Below, piece after piece: positions 24,536-36,985 of a stretch of DNA of 64,000 nucleotides (the first letter of the stretch is position 1; each line of letters begins with the position of its first letter). The position numbers and the translations under genes were made by a program. The notes under the pieces were generated by a model. That model had not been told where the DNA came from and made no database searches. It saw only the letters and a program-made list of their open reading frames with translations. This DNA is from Octopus sinensis (lineage: Eukaryota), in assembly GCF_006345805.1 (NCBI RefSeq), contig NC_043003.1, positions 48,236,001-48,300,000 of the forward strand, written 5' to 3'.

Positions 24536-24869
24536 ATAATAATAATAATTATTATTATTATTATTATTATTACTTTTACTAGCCACAGGGGCGTTGATGT
24601 ATGGAACATCACAAGGACAGACAACAACTTGCATGTAGTTTTACATTATAGGATGGGGAGAATAAAATGCAAAAGACAATGAAATGCAATAAAAGTATAC
24701 AGTATGTGAACAACATAAATAATTCTGTCCTCCTGATACAGAAAAAATTGAAGCTAGAGCCAATCAAGGAGCCTCACAGATCCAGGATTACTCTGACCAC
24801 CAAAGGCACAAGCCCTCCCTCATATTCTCCAATCTTCAGGCATGTACTTACATTTCCTTCTCCAGCTTC

Positions 24870-25500
24870 ACTTAGCTTTCCAAGTGGAACTTAAAAAAGT
24901 TGATGAGAGCTTGACCAAAGAGGGAGGTGTCTTTCCTCAATCCTTTCAGCCTTGTTCACCACATAACCTCTTTCACCATAACTACTAAACTGAGGAACAC
25001 TGCTTGCCCTGCCTTGTTAAAGATAGGTGGTGGGCAACCCTTATGATGGATCGAGACAATAGTTGCATTCATCCCACACATGTTAACAGCAAATTGGCAA
25101 TATTCAGACACTGCACAAGTGCATACAGAACAGTTTCATCACTCTGTGTGTATCTTGGACAGTCCTCCTTGTCAGCACTTCCATGCCTGTAGAGTTTATC
25201 TCAAACTGGCAGTGTTCCTTGGTAGCACTACCATGCCAGGAATTTCTGGGAGTTATCTATGGTAGTACCAGGTCCAAATATCCTCTGAAACAGACCAGTG
25301 AGTTCATCCTTGTCAGCACCTAAAGTTTCCCTAAGAATGTCATTGTTCTTACCCATCACTATATTTCTGTATATTGATATTACAGAACTTCCACTGACCA
25401 TATTGCTCAACTGGTAGAGGGCAGTGAGCACCTGGTGACATTCGAGATGCCAACAGATATTCACCATATCTTAGAATTTGGTGATTCCTAATATTGGACA
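24870..25500 (-). mobile_element. Tx1/L1-like LINE 3' fragment
   Basis: Minus strand LECHQVLTAL...ILRETLG...FQRIFGPG...QKFLAW...CPR...DETVLYALVQC (zinc-knuckle region). Related fragments at 40600-41215(+) and 42400-42800(+). Confidence 0.7.
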
Positions 25501-25984
25501 AAGGTACACGTCTTGGTTGGAGGTTTATGTTTAACACTTTAACATTGAAACTGGCCAAATCTGGCCCCAAATTTTATACCTCTTTTATGTTCAAACTGGC
25601 CAAATCTGACCCCAAATTTTATACCTGTTTTATGTTCAAACTGGCCAAATCTGGCCTCTCACCTATATCTATCAATGTCATTCAAAACGTAAGCAATCAC
25701 GTCGTTGATATATCAAAACTACAAAGGTAATGCATGATTAATTGAAATCAATATGAATGAGTATGTATTACATTTGACGAAGTAATCTGAACTTTAAAGG
25801 GTTATATTACTCAGACTTAAGTATTTTCCTGGTACAATTATTTTAATGTCTTAATGTCTCTCAAAGAAAGAAAGGTTAAACTGACATCAACCGGGTTTGC
25901 ACTGAGACTAAATAGACACAACTGAATATTTCTACTTTACTGTGTCTGCTAATTCGTCACTTTATAAATAGTAATGATGATAAT

Positions 25985-26570
25985 GTTAATCCTTTCTGCT
26001 ATAGGTACAAGGCCTGAAATTTTGTGGGGAGGGATAAATTGATTACATTAATCCCTGTACTCAACTAGTACTTATTTCATAGACCCTGAAAGAATGAAGG
26101 GCAAAGTCAACATTGATGGAATTTGAACTCAGTGTAAAGATGGGTGAAATGCCTATTTCTTTACTGCCCCACACAGAGGGGACAAACAAGGACAGACAAA
26201 CAGATTAAGTCGATTATATCGACCCCAGTGCATAACTGGTACTTAATTTATTGATCCCGAAAGGATGAAAGGCAAAGTCGACCTCAGTGGAATTTGAACT
26301 CGGAACGTAACGGCTGACGAAATACCTATTTCTTTACTACCCACAAGGGGCTAAACACAGAGAGGACAAACAAGGACAGACAAACAGATTAAGTCGATTA
26401 AATCAACCCCGGTGCGTAACTGGTACTTAATTTATCGACCTCGGCGGAATTTGAACTCAGAACGTAACGGCAGACAAAATACCACTAAGAATTTTGCCCA
26501 GCATGCTAACGTTTCTGCCAGCTCGATGGGTGAAATGCCACAAAGCATTTTTTCCAGCATGCCAACACTG
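25985..26570 (-). mobile_element. Nested SINE family B copies
   Basis: A tail-2 host SINE is interrupted by a tail-1 dimer (26154-26524) flanked by the 15-bp direct repeat GATGGGTGAAATGCC (26139-26153, 26525-26539). Confidence 0.85.
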
Positions 26571-28419
26571 CCGTAATTATAATGACAATAATAATAATCT
26601 TTCAAATTTTAGTTCAAGTCTTGCAATTTGGTGGTGGTGGTGGTGGTGGGGTGAAGAAGTTTTAGTTGAATAAATCAACCCCAATCCTCAACTGGTACTT
26701 ATTTCATCAACCGCAAAAAGGATGGAAGGCAGAGCTGATCTCAGTAGGATTTGAACTCAGACTGTAAAGAGCTGAAAGAAATACTCTTAAGCAGTTTGCC
26801 CTCCTGTGACGAACACAACAGTGATTAGCATATTCACATTCAAAGTTAGTGGAAAGAAATATGCAAGTCATTTTCATTTATACACAAATATATGCGCACG
26901 TATGCACATTATGTGTATACTTTTATATATATACAGACACACACACACGAACACACGTCATACATATACCATGTGCATATATACATACACATATTAGAAT
27001 TCGGTTGAAAAAACATATACATGAAAGTTGCTCAAAGTAGTAGTGGTGTGAATCATCAGTTTTAAATGAATGTCTGTGAGGGTGGTTGTGTGTGTGTGTG
27101 TGTATGCGTGTGAGAGTGAGAGTGTGTGTGTGTGTGAGAGAGAGAGTGTCTGTGTGTGTGTGAGAGAGAGAGAGAGATTATGTGTGTGTGAAAGAGAGAG
27201 AGTGTGTCTCCGTGTGTTAGAGAGAGAGAGAGAGTGTGTGTGTGCATGTATGCATCTGTGTGAAATGTAGGGGAAACAGGTGAGGTGGCAGAAACAAACT
27301 TGGAATGGTGTTTGGTGCTGTGCATTGAATGACCTGGAATATATATGGAGCAAATGGATTTCATGCCAGAATAACAAAGGCAGGCTGTGTGTTTCGGAAG
27401 CTCATTTTGGAATCATGTAGTCTTTGGTTCAGTCCCATTATGCAGCACCTTAGGAAAGTGTCTTCTGTTAATAGCCCTGGGTCAGTCAATACCTTATGAA
27501 AGAATTAAGATGGAAGCCGTAAGGAAGCTCATCTTGTGTGTGGTGCGTTTGTCCCCACCACTGTTTGACAACTGATGTTGGCTCGTTTGTGTTCCTGTAC
27601 ATTAGCAGTTCAGCAAAACAGATCAATAGAAAAAGTACAGGACTTAAAAGTAAGTACAATGCTTTCCATTGGGTAGAGCATATTGTGGGTCTGTGGCTAA
27701 ATCCACTATGTCCTACCTGGAGGGCATTAAGCTTAGGATGGTTAACTGAGCAGTGATTTGTGAGCTATAGAATGAAGCACTGACTGCATCGTCATCATCG
27801 TCATGGTAGAGAAAGTGAAAGAAAGATAAGAAGTGAGAGCAAAGTAATGTTGCATGGTTTGAGTGCTGGCATCTGATACTGGTTTGCTATGATGGCTGTA
27901 TTAATAACAGAATGAAAAAGCATGCTACAGTATTGGCCAGAAGAATTTGAACATCCCTCAGTAGCATCAGTGGGATGAGATATATATATATAGTCAGAAG
28001 ATGCCAAAATTGTTGTGGCTTCCTGTCTAGAGAAGATGAAAGAAATGTTCTGCAGTGAAAGCTATTTGTGAAACAACAACAACAACAATAATAATATTAA
28101 TAATGATGATGAAGCACCATCCGAACATGGCCGATGCCAGTGCCGCCTTGACTGGCTTCCGTGCCGGTGGCATGTAAAAAGCACTAACCGATCATGGCCA
28201 TTGCCAGCCTACCTTGGCTCCTGTGCCGGTGGCACGTACAAAGCACCCACTACACTCATGGAGTAGTTGACGTTAGTAAGGGCATCCAGCTGTAGAAACA
28301 CTGCCAGATAAGACTGGAGCCTGGTGCAGCCGCCTGGCTTCTCAGACCCCGGTCGAACCATCCAACCCATGCTAGCATGGAAAACGGACGTTAAACGATG
28401 ATGATGATGATGATGATTA

Positions 28420-29180
28420 TCATCATTATTATTTCAAATTTTGACAGAAGGCCAGAAATTTTGGGGGTATTGGCTAAGTTAATTACTTTGGCTCCAGTAC
28501 TTAATTTGAACTCAGAACATAAAGACGTATGAAATGCCATTAGGCATTTTGCCTGATGTGCTAACAATTCTGCCATCTCGCTGCCTTAGTAAATAATAAC
28601 AATAGTTTCCTGTAGAGCTTCTACTGAAAGTTTGCTTCTAAGGGATAGGAAAGATTACCAAGAGGGTTTTAAGCACTTGAAAAACTATTGAAAGCTTGTG
28701 GGTAACCTTAGTTGCCCAACATAAATCCTACAAGGAATAAGAACAAACCTGAGTCAAATCAATAGTAATGTAATAATCCTTTCCACTATAGGTACAAGGC
28801 CTGAAATTGTCAGGGAGAGAGTTAATCAATTGTATCAGTTCCAGTGCTTAACTGGTACTTATTTTATCAATCTTGAAAAGATGAAAAGCAAAGTCGACCT
28901 TGGTGGAATTTGAACTCAGAACATAAGGTTGGACAGCATGCTAATGATTCTGCAAGCTTTTCACCTTCATAATCCTTTCAAATTTTGGCACAGGCCAGGA
29001 ATTTTGGGTGGAGGGCAGATTAGTCATTAACCCCAGTACTTGACTGGTACTTATTTCGTTGACCTTGAAAGGATGAAAGCAAAGTCATCCTCAATGGAAT
29101 TTGAACTCAGAATATAGAGACAGACAAAATACCACTTAGCATTTTGCCTGGTGTACTAACAATTCTGCCAGCTCACTGAC
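28420..29180 (-). mobile_element. Cluster of SINE family B copies
   Basis: Repeated CTGGTACTTATTT...GAAAGGATGAAAGGCAAAGTCGACC...GAATTTGAACTCAG modules. Similar clusters at 19690-19880, 22560-23130, 30725-32120, 43255-43700, 44385-44860, 45125-45795. Confidence 0.8.
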
Positions 29181-30948
29181 TTGATAATAATATATTGTTT
29201 TCATCATTGTCTCCATGCTGGGTTGGTTTGCTTGGATCATCACAATCTAAGTCTGTTCTTACTGTCTTTTAGACAGCTCAGGTATCATATGTATCCCCCT
29301 ACATGGCCTTGCTATTTGCTTTTGAGCCAAATTAACTAACTAACTAACTAACTAACTAACATATCTCACTCATATGTATGTTCCATAAATGTGTCTTTAT
29401 TTATTTATATTATTTATATCAGTTGATATTTACTGACACACACACACTCTCTTTCTCTCTCTCTCTCTCCCTCATTAACACATGCACACACAGAATATAC
29501 ATATTATGATAAAAAGTTTTTTTTTAAATGAACATAGGTGCAGGAGTGGCTGTGTGGTAAGTAGCTTGCTTACTAACCACATGGTTCCGGGTTCAGTCCC
29601 ACTGCGTGGCACCTTGGGCAAGTGTCTTCTACTATAGCCTCAGGCCAACCAAAGCCTTGTGAGTGGATATGGTTGGCAGAAACTGAAAGAAGCCCATTGT
29701 ATATATGTATATATATATGTATGTGTGTGTATATGTTTGTGTGTCTGTGTTTGTCCCCCAACATCGCTTGACAACCGATGCTGGTGTGTTTACGTCCCCG
29801 TAACTTAGTGGTTCGGCAAAAGAGACTGATAGAACAAGTACTAGGCTTACAAAGAATAAGACCTGGGGTCAATTTGCTCAACTAAAGGCGGTGCTCCAGC
29901 ATGGCCACAGTCAAATGACTGAAACAAGTAAAAGAGTAAAAAGAGCATAATTCTAGATTTTTGTTTCTATGTGATTTATTGTAAAGTACAATTTAGGCAA
30001 GTAGTAACAGTTTCAGCTTTGAAAAAGACATTTAGGCCATCATTTTAACACGCTCTTTAAATAAGAAGGATTCCTATTAACTAAAGTTTTTACCATTTAA
30101 TAAACTGTTTGGTAAAATAGTCTGACACAAAATATTCTGGCAATTAGTCTTTTGAAATCCTTAATTTGGAAATAACAACCTTTTTGACAAGTATATTATA
30201 ACTTGCAGCTTCACTTCTTTTGCTATTAGGAGTGAAATGTCAATGTTTGCCAGTTCTAGCGGAAGAAGAAGGTTATGTAAATAACACCCATATTATATTA
30301 GGAAAAAGTTAGTTGTTGCATAGAAATCTCGTAAGTTCCTCAATTGACATAAAATTTAAATCTGGCTATCCTACTATAAATTAAAACTGACTTCTTAATT
30401 TGATTTTTAAATGTTTCTACTTTATTTCATGTTTGTATTGTTGGTTTTTAAGTTTTATTTTCATAAATAGGATGAAATTTATACAGCTGGGTTTTTTTGC
30501 CTTTTATTTTTTTATCATTTTATAAAAGTGGCATGCATTTAAATAAAAGGAAAAGAAAACAGGGTACAAGCATGACTGTGTGGTTAAGAAGTTTGCTTTG
30601 TAACATCTGTTTTCCCTGTGCAAATCAATTCTATTATAGCCTTGGGTTAATTAAGGATGAAAGGCAAAATGAATCGCAACAGAATACGAACTCATGTCAT
30701 AAGGAGCTAGTGGAAATGTTGCTGCCTTATATTACTGGTTTCAAATTCTAGCACAAAGCCAGTAATTTCAGGGGAGGAGTTAAGTTGATTACATCGATCC
30801 CAGTGTTCCACTGATACTAATTTTATCAATCCTGAAAGGATGAAAGGCAAAGCTGATCTCAGTGGAATTTGAACTCAGAACATAAAGACAAACAAATTGT
30901 TGCTAAGCATTTCGCCCAGCATGCTAACAATTTTGCCAGCTCACCACC

Positions 30949-30992
<44 letters not shown>

Positions 30993-31512
30993 CCTTTCTA
31001 TTAAAGGCACAAGGTCTGAAACTTTGGGGAAGGAGACTTGTTGATTACATCAACCCCGGTATGAAAATGGACATTGAATGATGATGATGATGAATAATCT
31101 TTTCTATTATAGGCACAAAGCTGAAAATTCTAGTGGTGATGTGGGGCAGTCAGCCTCAGTGTTCCACAGGCACTTGTTTTACGAGCCTCGAAAAATTGAG
31201 AGGCAAAGTCAACATCAGCAGATGTTAAACTCAGGACATGGGTTGGAACAAATACCACAAAGCATTTTTCTGACATCCTAACAACTCTGCTAGTTTTCCC
31301 CCTTAACAATGCTCTCTACTATAGGCACAAGGCCCGAAATTTTCAGTGAGGGAGATAGTTGATTACATCGACTCCAGTACTCAACTGGTACTTATTTTAT
31401 TGACCCTGAAAGGATGAAAGGCAACATCAATCCCAGCAAAATTTGAACTCAGAATCTAAGGAGAGACGAAATGCTGCTAAGCAGTTTACCCAGTGCCATC
31501 TTACCACCTTAA

Positions 31513-31722
31513 CCCTTTTGTTACCAAACCCAGCTGAAACTGTAGTACAAATGTCTTGTTTTCATGAATTTTGAATTAAAATCTTCCACCAAACCTTAGT
31601 CACAGTTTATGTTCCTAACACTAGCTGAATGATAACTAAGTTATTTTACTAAATTCTTTGTTATATTTGAAGTAATTGAAAGAAACACAGAGCATCTCAA
31701 AATAAATACAGTAACGAAAGGG
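31513..31722. mobile_element. piggyBac-like MITE family 2
   Basis: TTAA (31509-12) CCCTTTTGTTAC ... GTAACGAAAGGG TTAA (31723-26); its interior differs from family 1. Confidence 0.8.
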
Positions 31723-33081
31723 TTAATAATGATAATAACGATAATTCTTTGTTGTAGTCACAAAGCCTGAAATTTTGTGGAAGGGAACCAGTCAATTACA
31801 TTGATACCAGAACTTAACTGGTACTTATTTTATCGACCTTGAAAGGTTGAAAGACAATATCAGCCTCAGTGGAATTTGAACTCAGAACATAAAGATGAAT
31901 AAAATGCTATTAAGTATTTTGTATGGTGTGCTAACAATTCTATCAGCTTGCCACCTTAATAATGGTTTCAGATTTTAGCACAAGGCTAGTAATTTCAGAG
32001 GAGGGAGTAAGTCTACTATTCCTACCCCAGTGTTCAACTGGTACTTATTTTATCGTCTCTAAAAGGATAAAAGGCAAAGTTGACCTCAGCAGAATTTGAA
32101 CTCAGAACATAAAGACAGACTAACTGTTTTAACAGTTTTCTCTTCAAAATTATTCATGTAGGCGCAGCAGTGGTTGTGTGGTAAGTAGCTTGCTTACCAA
32201 CCACATGGTTCATGGTTCAGTCCCACTGCATGGCACCTTGGACAAGTGTCTTCTACTATAACCTTGGACCGACCAAAGCCTTGTGAGTGGATTTGGTAGA
32301 TGGAAACTGAAAGAAACCTGTCATATATCTGTATGTATATATGTGTGTGTGTGTCTGTTTTTGTTCCCCTAACATCGCTTGACAACTGATGCTGGTGTGT
32401 TTATTTCCCCGTAACTTAGCAGTCCAGCAAAAGAGACTGATAGAATAAGTACTAGGCTTACAAAGAATAAGTCCTGGGGTCAATTTGCTCAACTAAAGGT
32501 GGTGCTCCAGCATGGCTACAGTCAAATGACTGAAACAAGTAAAGGAATAAAAGAATATTACCAAATGAAATTTTCTTTGGAATACTTATAAAAAGAACCA
32601 TTATCTAAGGAAAGCTTGCCTTAAGTATCCAGATTGTAGTAAAAAAAAAACCAAACAAATTTGCTTTTCAGACTTATTTGTACACATTACATTTTACACA
32701 TCCAAAATAGCTACCAAACATATATACGTTGTACAAGTGACACAACAGTAGAAAGCAAAAAAAAATAAAAGTAAGAAAAAAATCACAACTAAATGAACGA
32801 AAGTAAAGTGAAAGTGTATAGTTCAATAAACATTTGTGAATAAAATTATTTCAAATACTCAAACTGGTAGGTTTGAAGATAACAATAGTAACAAAAACAG
32901 CATTGGTGATTCATACTAAGTCAAACACAATAATCTATTTATATTGTCATCACAATTTTAAACCTTTCTTAGAAATTTTAGACTTAGCACAACTATAAGA
33001 AAGAAAATGTAGTTGGGCAAATTTTTCAACATTTTTTTTTTGAAAAACTATTATCATGTTATACATACACACATGCATATA

Positions 33082-33187
33082 CGAGGGGCGTATGAAAAGT
33101 TTTGAGCCTTGAAGTCTTGTACCTTCGTCTGAAGTCTTGTACCATGTTTTGTTTATTTGAGGCTCAAGAGTTTTCATACACCCTTCG
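33082..33187. mobile_element. 106-bp mariner-derived MITE
   Basis: TA-CGAGGGGCGTATGAAAAGTTTTGAGCCT ... AGGCTCAAGAGTTTTCATACACCCTTCG-TA; internal direct repeat TGAAGTCTTGTACC x2. Confidence 0.85.
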
Positions 33188-33280
33188 TATATATATAATG
33201 TACATAATGTGAATGTGTACATAAAAAAACCAACATCAGTTGTCAAGAGATGGTGGGGGACAAACACAGACACACAGATG

Positions 33281-33312
<32 letters not shown>

Positions 33313-33701
33313 GTATGTATACAACGGGCTTCTTTCAGTTTCTGTCTACTAAATCCACTCACAAGCTTTGGTCGGCCCAAAGCTATAGTAAAAGACACTT
33401 GGACAAGGTGCCATGCAGTGGGACTGAACCCGGAACCATATGGTTTGGAAGCAAGCTTCTTACCACACAGCCACTCCTGCACCTATATCTATCTATATAT
33501 ATATATATCATAATTTTTATTTGCCACTTGCCTTTCACCATGCATGTCTTAAGTGAGCTCTATGTGGTTTAAGGGTTCATTTGACTCCTATATCTGGTGA
33601 AGCTGGTGCTTTGCAGCACCATAATTATATATATATTACTAGACTGCTCGGTTCACACTTTCGATTGGCACTAATATTACTAGTTACTACTAATATATAT
33701 A

Positions 33702-33751
<50 letters not shown>

Positions 33752-34335
33752 GCATATATGGGTATAGGATGTTACCAATGGTGCAAATAACATGAAATAT
33801 GTAAACAATGAGAAAAATGGAAAACAGGACAAGTAAACGTAGAGAAAGGACCCTTCATTAATTGTCTATCTACTCCTCATTTCAAGCATTCAACGATAAT
33901 ATGAGTCTTCAAAGACAGTTGCTCCCATAAATTCTAAAATGAAATTTAGGACTTATGGAGGGTCAAAGTTGGGAACAAAAACATGACAGTGGAGACATAC
34001 AAGGAAACCGAACGAAAACAAACATGGAGTGTCATTAGACCAGAACAAAAGGAAAATAGTGAATGCTAGGAGGAAATTTTTGGTGAAAAGAGAAAAGATA
34101 GAAGAGAGAGCGAAAAAACATGCCCACTCTTTTGGACGTTCATGCTGGAAAAGAGAGATGGTCACAGGAGGAAAAGAAAGATGGACAATGGTCATATGTG
34201 AGCAACAAGAGAAAGAGAGAGAGAGATAGAAAACAATGAAGGAGGGAGGGGGAGAAAAAGGGAATTAGAGAATGGTAGAGGAAGAAAATAGTATAGAGTA
34301 GAGAGTTGCATCAAAAAGGTGAATGAATACATATG

Positions 34336-34376
34336 CATTACTGATGAGCTCTGACTAGGTGGAAATATATCTGGTG
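34336..34376 (+). ncRNA. Decayed minimal type I hammerhead ribozyme motif
   Basis: CATTA-CTGATGA-GCTCTGACTAGGTG-GAAA-TATA-TC-TGGTG. Core intact; stem I has 5 pairs including 2 G:U; stem III is the palindrome ATATAT; stem II is degraded. Confidence 0.45.
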
Positions 34377-35050
34377 TTATCTCCCATATTTATCAGAAAA
34401 AAAGAATTGCATTAATCCTTATCTAGTATTCTTTTTATTTCTCTCACCCTATATCTGTTTTTAATTAGTATTTTAATGCTCCATGTATTAGATATATTTA
34501 GATACATAGCTTATTTAAAGATCACTGCTACTTCACTCTATCTATCGATCTACTTATTAATCTATTTCATTCTAATTCACCTGTGACTATCCCTGTTTGT
34601 ATCATACAGAACACCTGGTTTTAAAGTGCTCAGATTTCAATACCATTATAGTTTTATGTTAGTCTCTTTTGTTAAGTTACATTCCAACCACCAGCATAAT
34701 AACAGAGAATTTATTTATTTTACTAATTTCTTACTATTTTTTTGTTTTGTATTTTGCCAAACTGCTAAGTTATAGGCACATAAACAAATCATCACCAGAT
34801 GTCAAGTGATGGTGGCGACAAACGCATGCATATACAGAGGGCTTCTACACAGTTTCCATCTGCCACATTCACTCACAAGGCATTTGTCAATATTCATTGA
34901 AGCTGTAAACAACAGTTGCCCAAGGTGTCACACAGTGGGATGGAACTTACGACCATGCCAGCTTCTTAACCACACAACCATGTCTGCATCTGTTATTTTT
35001 AAAAGAATAATTGAAACATGTGGATAATGTAATTGCATTTCATTTCTTAA

Positions 35051-35269
35051 CCCTTTACCATTTAAACTGACCATATTTGGCCCAATATTCTACCTGTTTT
35101 ATGTTCAGACTGACCAGATCTGGCCTCTCGCACCTACCCTACAATGTCATTCTAAAATTATACAATCACATCATTGATACCTTGAAGCTACAAAGTAATA
35201 CACAGTTAGTTAAAAACAATGTGAATAAGTAATCATTATATTTGACGGAATAACCTGAATGCTAAAGAG
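35051..35269. mobile_element. piggyBac-like MITE family 1
   Basis: TTAA (35047-50) CCCTTTACCATT ... AATGCTAAAGAG TTAA (35270-73). Confidence 0.8.
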
Positions 35270-35499
35270 TTAAGTAACCACTGTTTTAGGTTTGTTTGAT
35301 TGTTAGTAGAGGTGAAAAAGCAGCATTGCTGATTGACAGGTAGAAGTCTCCTTTATGGCGCCTTCTACTACTGGTTCTAAGGCTTGTACCACCAAACAGC
35401 TGGTTGGCTCTGGCTGCTAGAACTGAAATTAACACGACACTATTGGAAGGTAGGTTTAGAGGGTGCACAGGCTAAGATTATGCACCTTTTCCCTCCATT

Positions 35500-35600
35500 G
35501 GTCAGATGAAATTTAGATAGTGTCATGTGACAACTAGCAGTTGCTGGCTGCTAGAGCCTACCAGCGAGTATTTAAAGGGAAATTTGGCAGGGAATAGAAG
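35500..35600 (+). promoter_or_regulatory. Candidate core promoter of the host gene
   Basis: ATTGG (reverse CCAAT) near 35498, TGTCATGTGACA (M-box/E-box) at 35521-35532 and TATTTAAA at 35569-35576, all upstream of the start-codon exon. Confidence 0.35.
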
Positions 35601-35826
35601 AAAAAAAGGATAAAGAAGAAATGCACTCAACACCAGAGCTGAAGACACCTCCGAAGGATAGTGGGGCTGCCACGGTGAAAATGTTAGAGGAGTAGGGGCT
35701 GAAACTGGACATGGTTCCTCCTGATGATGTCTTTAGCCACTGGATCCTATAAAGGAGCTGTTGAGGTAGCAAACCACAAAATGTGGTTGGAATTCTAATA
35801 ACAGCCTTTCCACTGCTTTATGCTAT
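35600..35826 (+). other. Candidate 5' UTR exon
   Basis: Ends at AT|GTAAGA (35827), followed by a 92-nt intron with CTAAT (35861-65) and a strong (T)nCAG acceptor ending at 35918. The 5' start is a guess. Confidence 0.35.
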
Positions 35827-35953
35827 GTAAGATTTGTAAATTAGTCAAAATAACACTCCGCTAATTTGTATGAATTCTGTCAATTTAAAGTCATTTTATT
35901 TTATTTTATTTTTTTCAGATATTTAAAGAAGAAAGACTGGCAAAAATACCAAA

Positions 35954-35996
35954 ATGGCAACTGGAGGTTACGAGTATGCTATGCCATTTGGAAATG
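35954..35996 (+). CDS. Host gene first coding exon (exon 35919-35996), MATGGYEYAMPFGN
   Basis: Acceptor TTTTTTCAG; in-frame TAA at 35924 upstream; ATG in CCAAAATGG context; donor G|GTGAGT; phase 1. Confidence 0.75.
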
Positions 35997-36006
35997 GTGA
36001 GTAGAC

Positions 36007-36052
<46 letters not shown>

Positions 36053-36374
36053 ATGCTAATTCCGCAATGTGTTCTCTCTGTATTGACTCTTCTCTTGTAC
36101 CATTCCCTGACCATGTCCCTCAAACCATCTCCTTCCCTACCTACCTTCTCTCTGAACAACAACTGTAATTTGTTAATATCACCCTTGACCTCTATTTAAG
36201 CAAAACGTTTGTATTTATTTGTTTTTGTCTGTTCAACCTTTGACATGCAGGTTAGGGTTAGGGTGGGAGTAAGTGTTAATTTTGGCTAATTACAGGATGT
36301 GTTTGAATACAGTTGTTCTACTATTTAAACTCATTTCTGCTTTTCTACATTCCTAGATGTTATAGTGGAGTATA

Positions 36375-36985
36375 CTCTCTTTACTCTCTTTTACTTGTTT
36401 CAGTCAATTGACTGCAGCCATGCTGGAGCACCGCCTTTAGTCGAGCAAATCGACCCCGGGACTTATTCTTTGTATGCCCAGTACTTATTCTATCGGTCAC
36501 ATTTTGCCGAACCGCTAAGTGACGGGGATGTAAACACACCAGCATTGGTTGTCAAGCAATGCTAGGGGGACAAACACAGACACACAAACACACACACATA
36601 CATCTGGCACCTGTGTCAGTGGCACATAAAATCACCCACTACACTCTCGGAGTGGTTGGCGTTAGGAAGGGCATTCAGCTGTAGAAACACTGCCAGATCT
36701 GATTGGCCTGGTGCAGCCTTCGGGCTCCCCAGACCCCAGTTGAACCGTCCAACCCATGCTAGCATGGAAAGCGGACGTTAAATGATGATGATGATGATGA
36801 TGATGATGATACATATATACGACAGGCTTCTTTCAGTTTCCGTCTACCAAATCCATTCACAAGGCATTGGTCAGCCCGGGGCTATAGCAGAAAACACTTG
36901 CCCAAGATGCCACGCAGTGGGACTGAACCCGGAATCATGTGGTTGGTTAGCAAGCTACTTACCACACAGCCACTCTTGCGCCTAT
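36375..36985 (-). mobile_element. SINE family A interrupted by an RTE 3' UTR copy
   Basis: SINE tail half 36375-36600 and head half 36810-36985 flank a + strand RTE 3' end that finishes in (GAT)n. Confidence 0.85.

Noticed and set aside
35715-35760. Other CTGATGA hits (e.g. 1601, 22365, 35721, 39613, 58003, 59639) as hammerheads or C/D snoRNAs
   Set aside because: No correctly placed GAAA and stems, or they lie within coding sequence.
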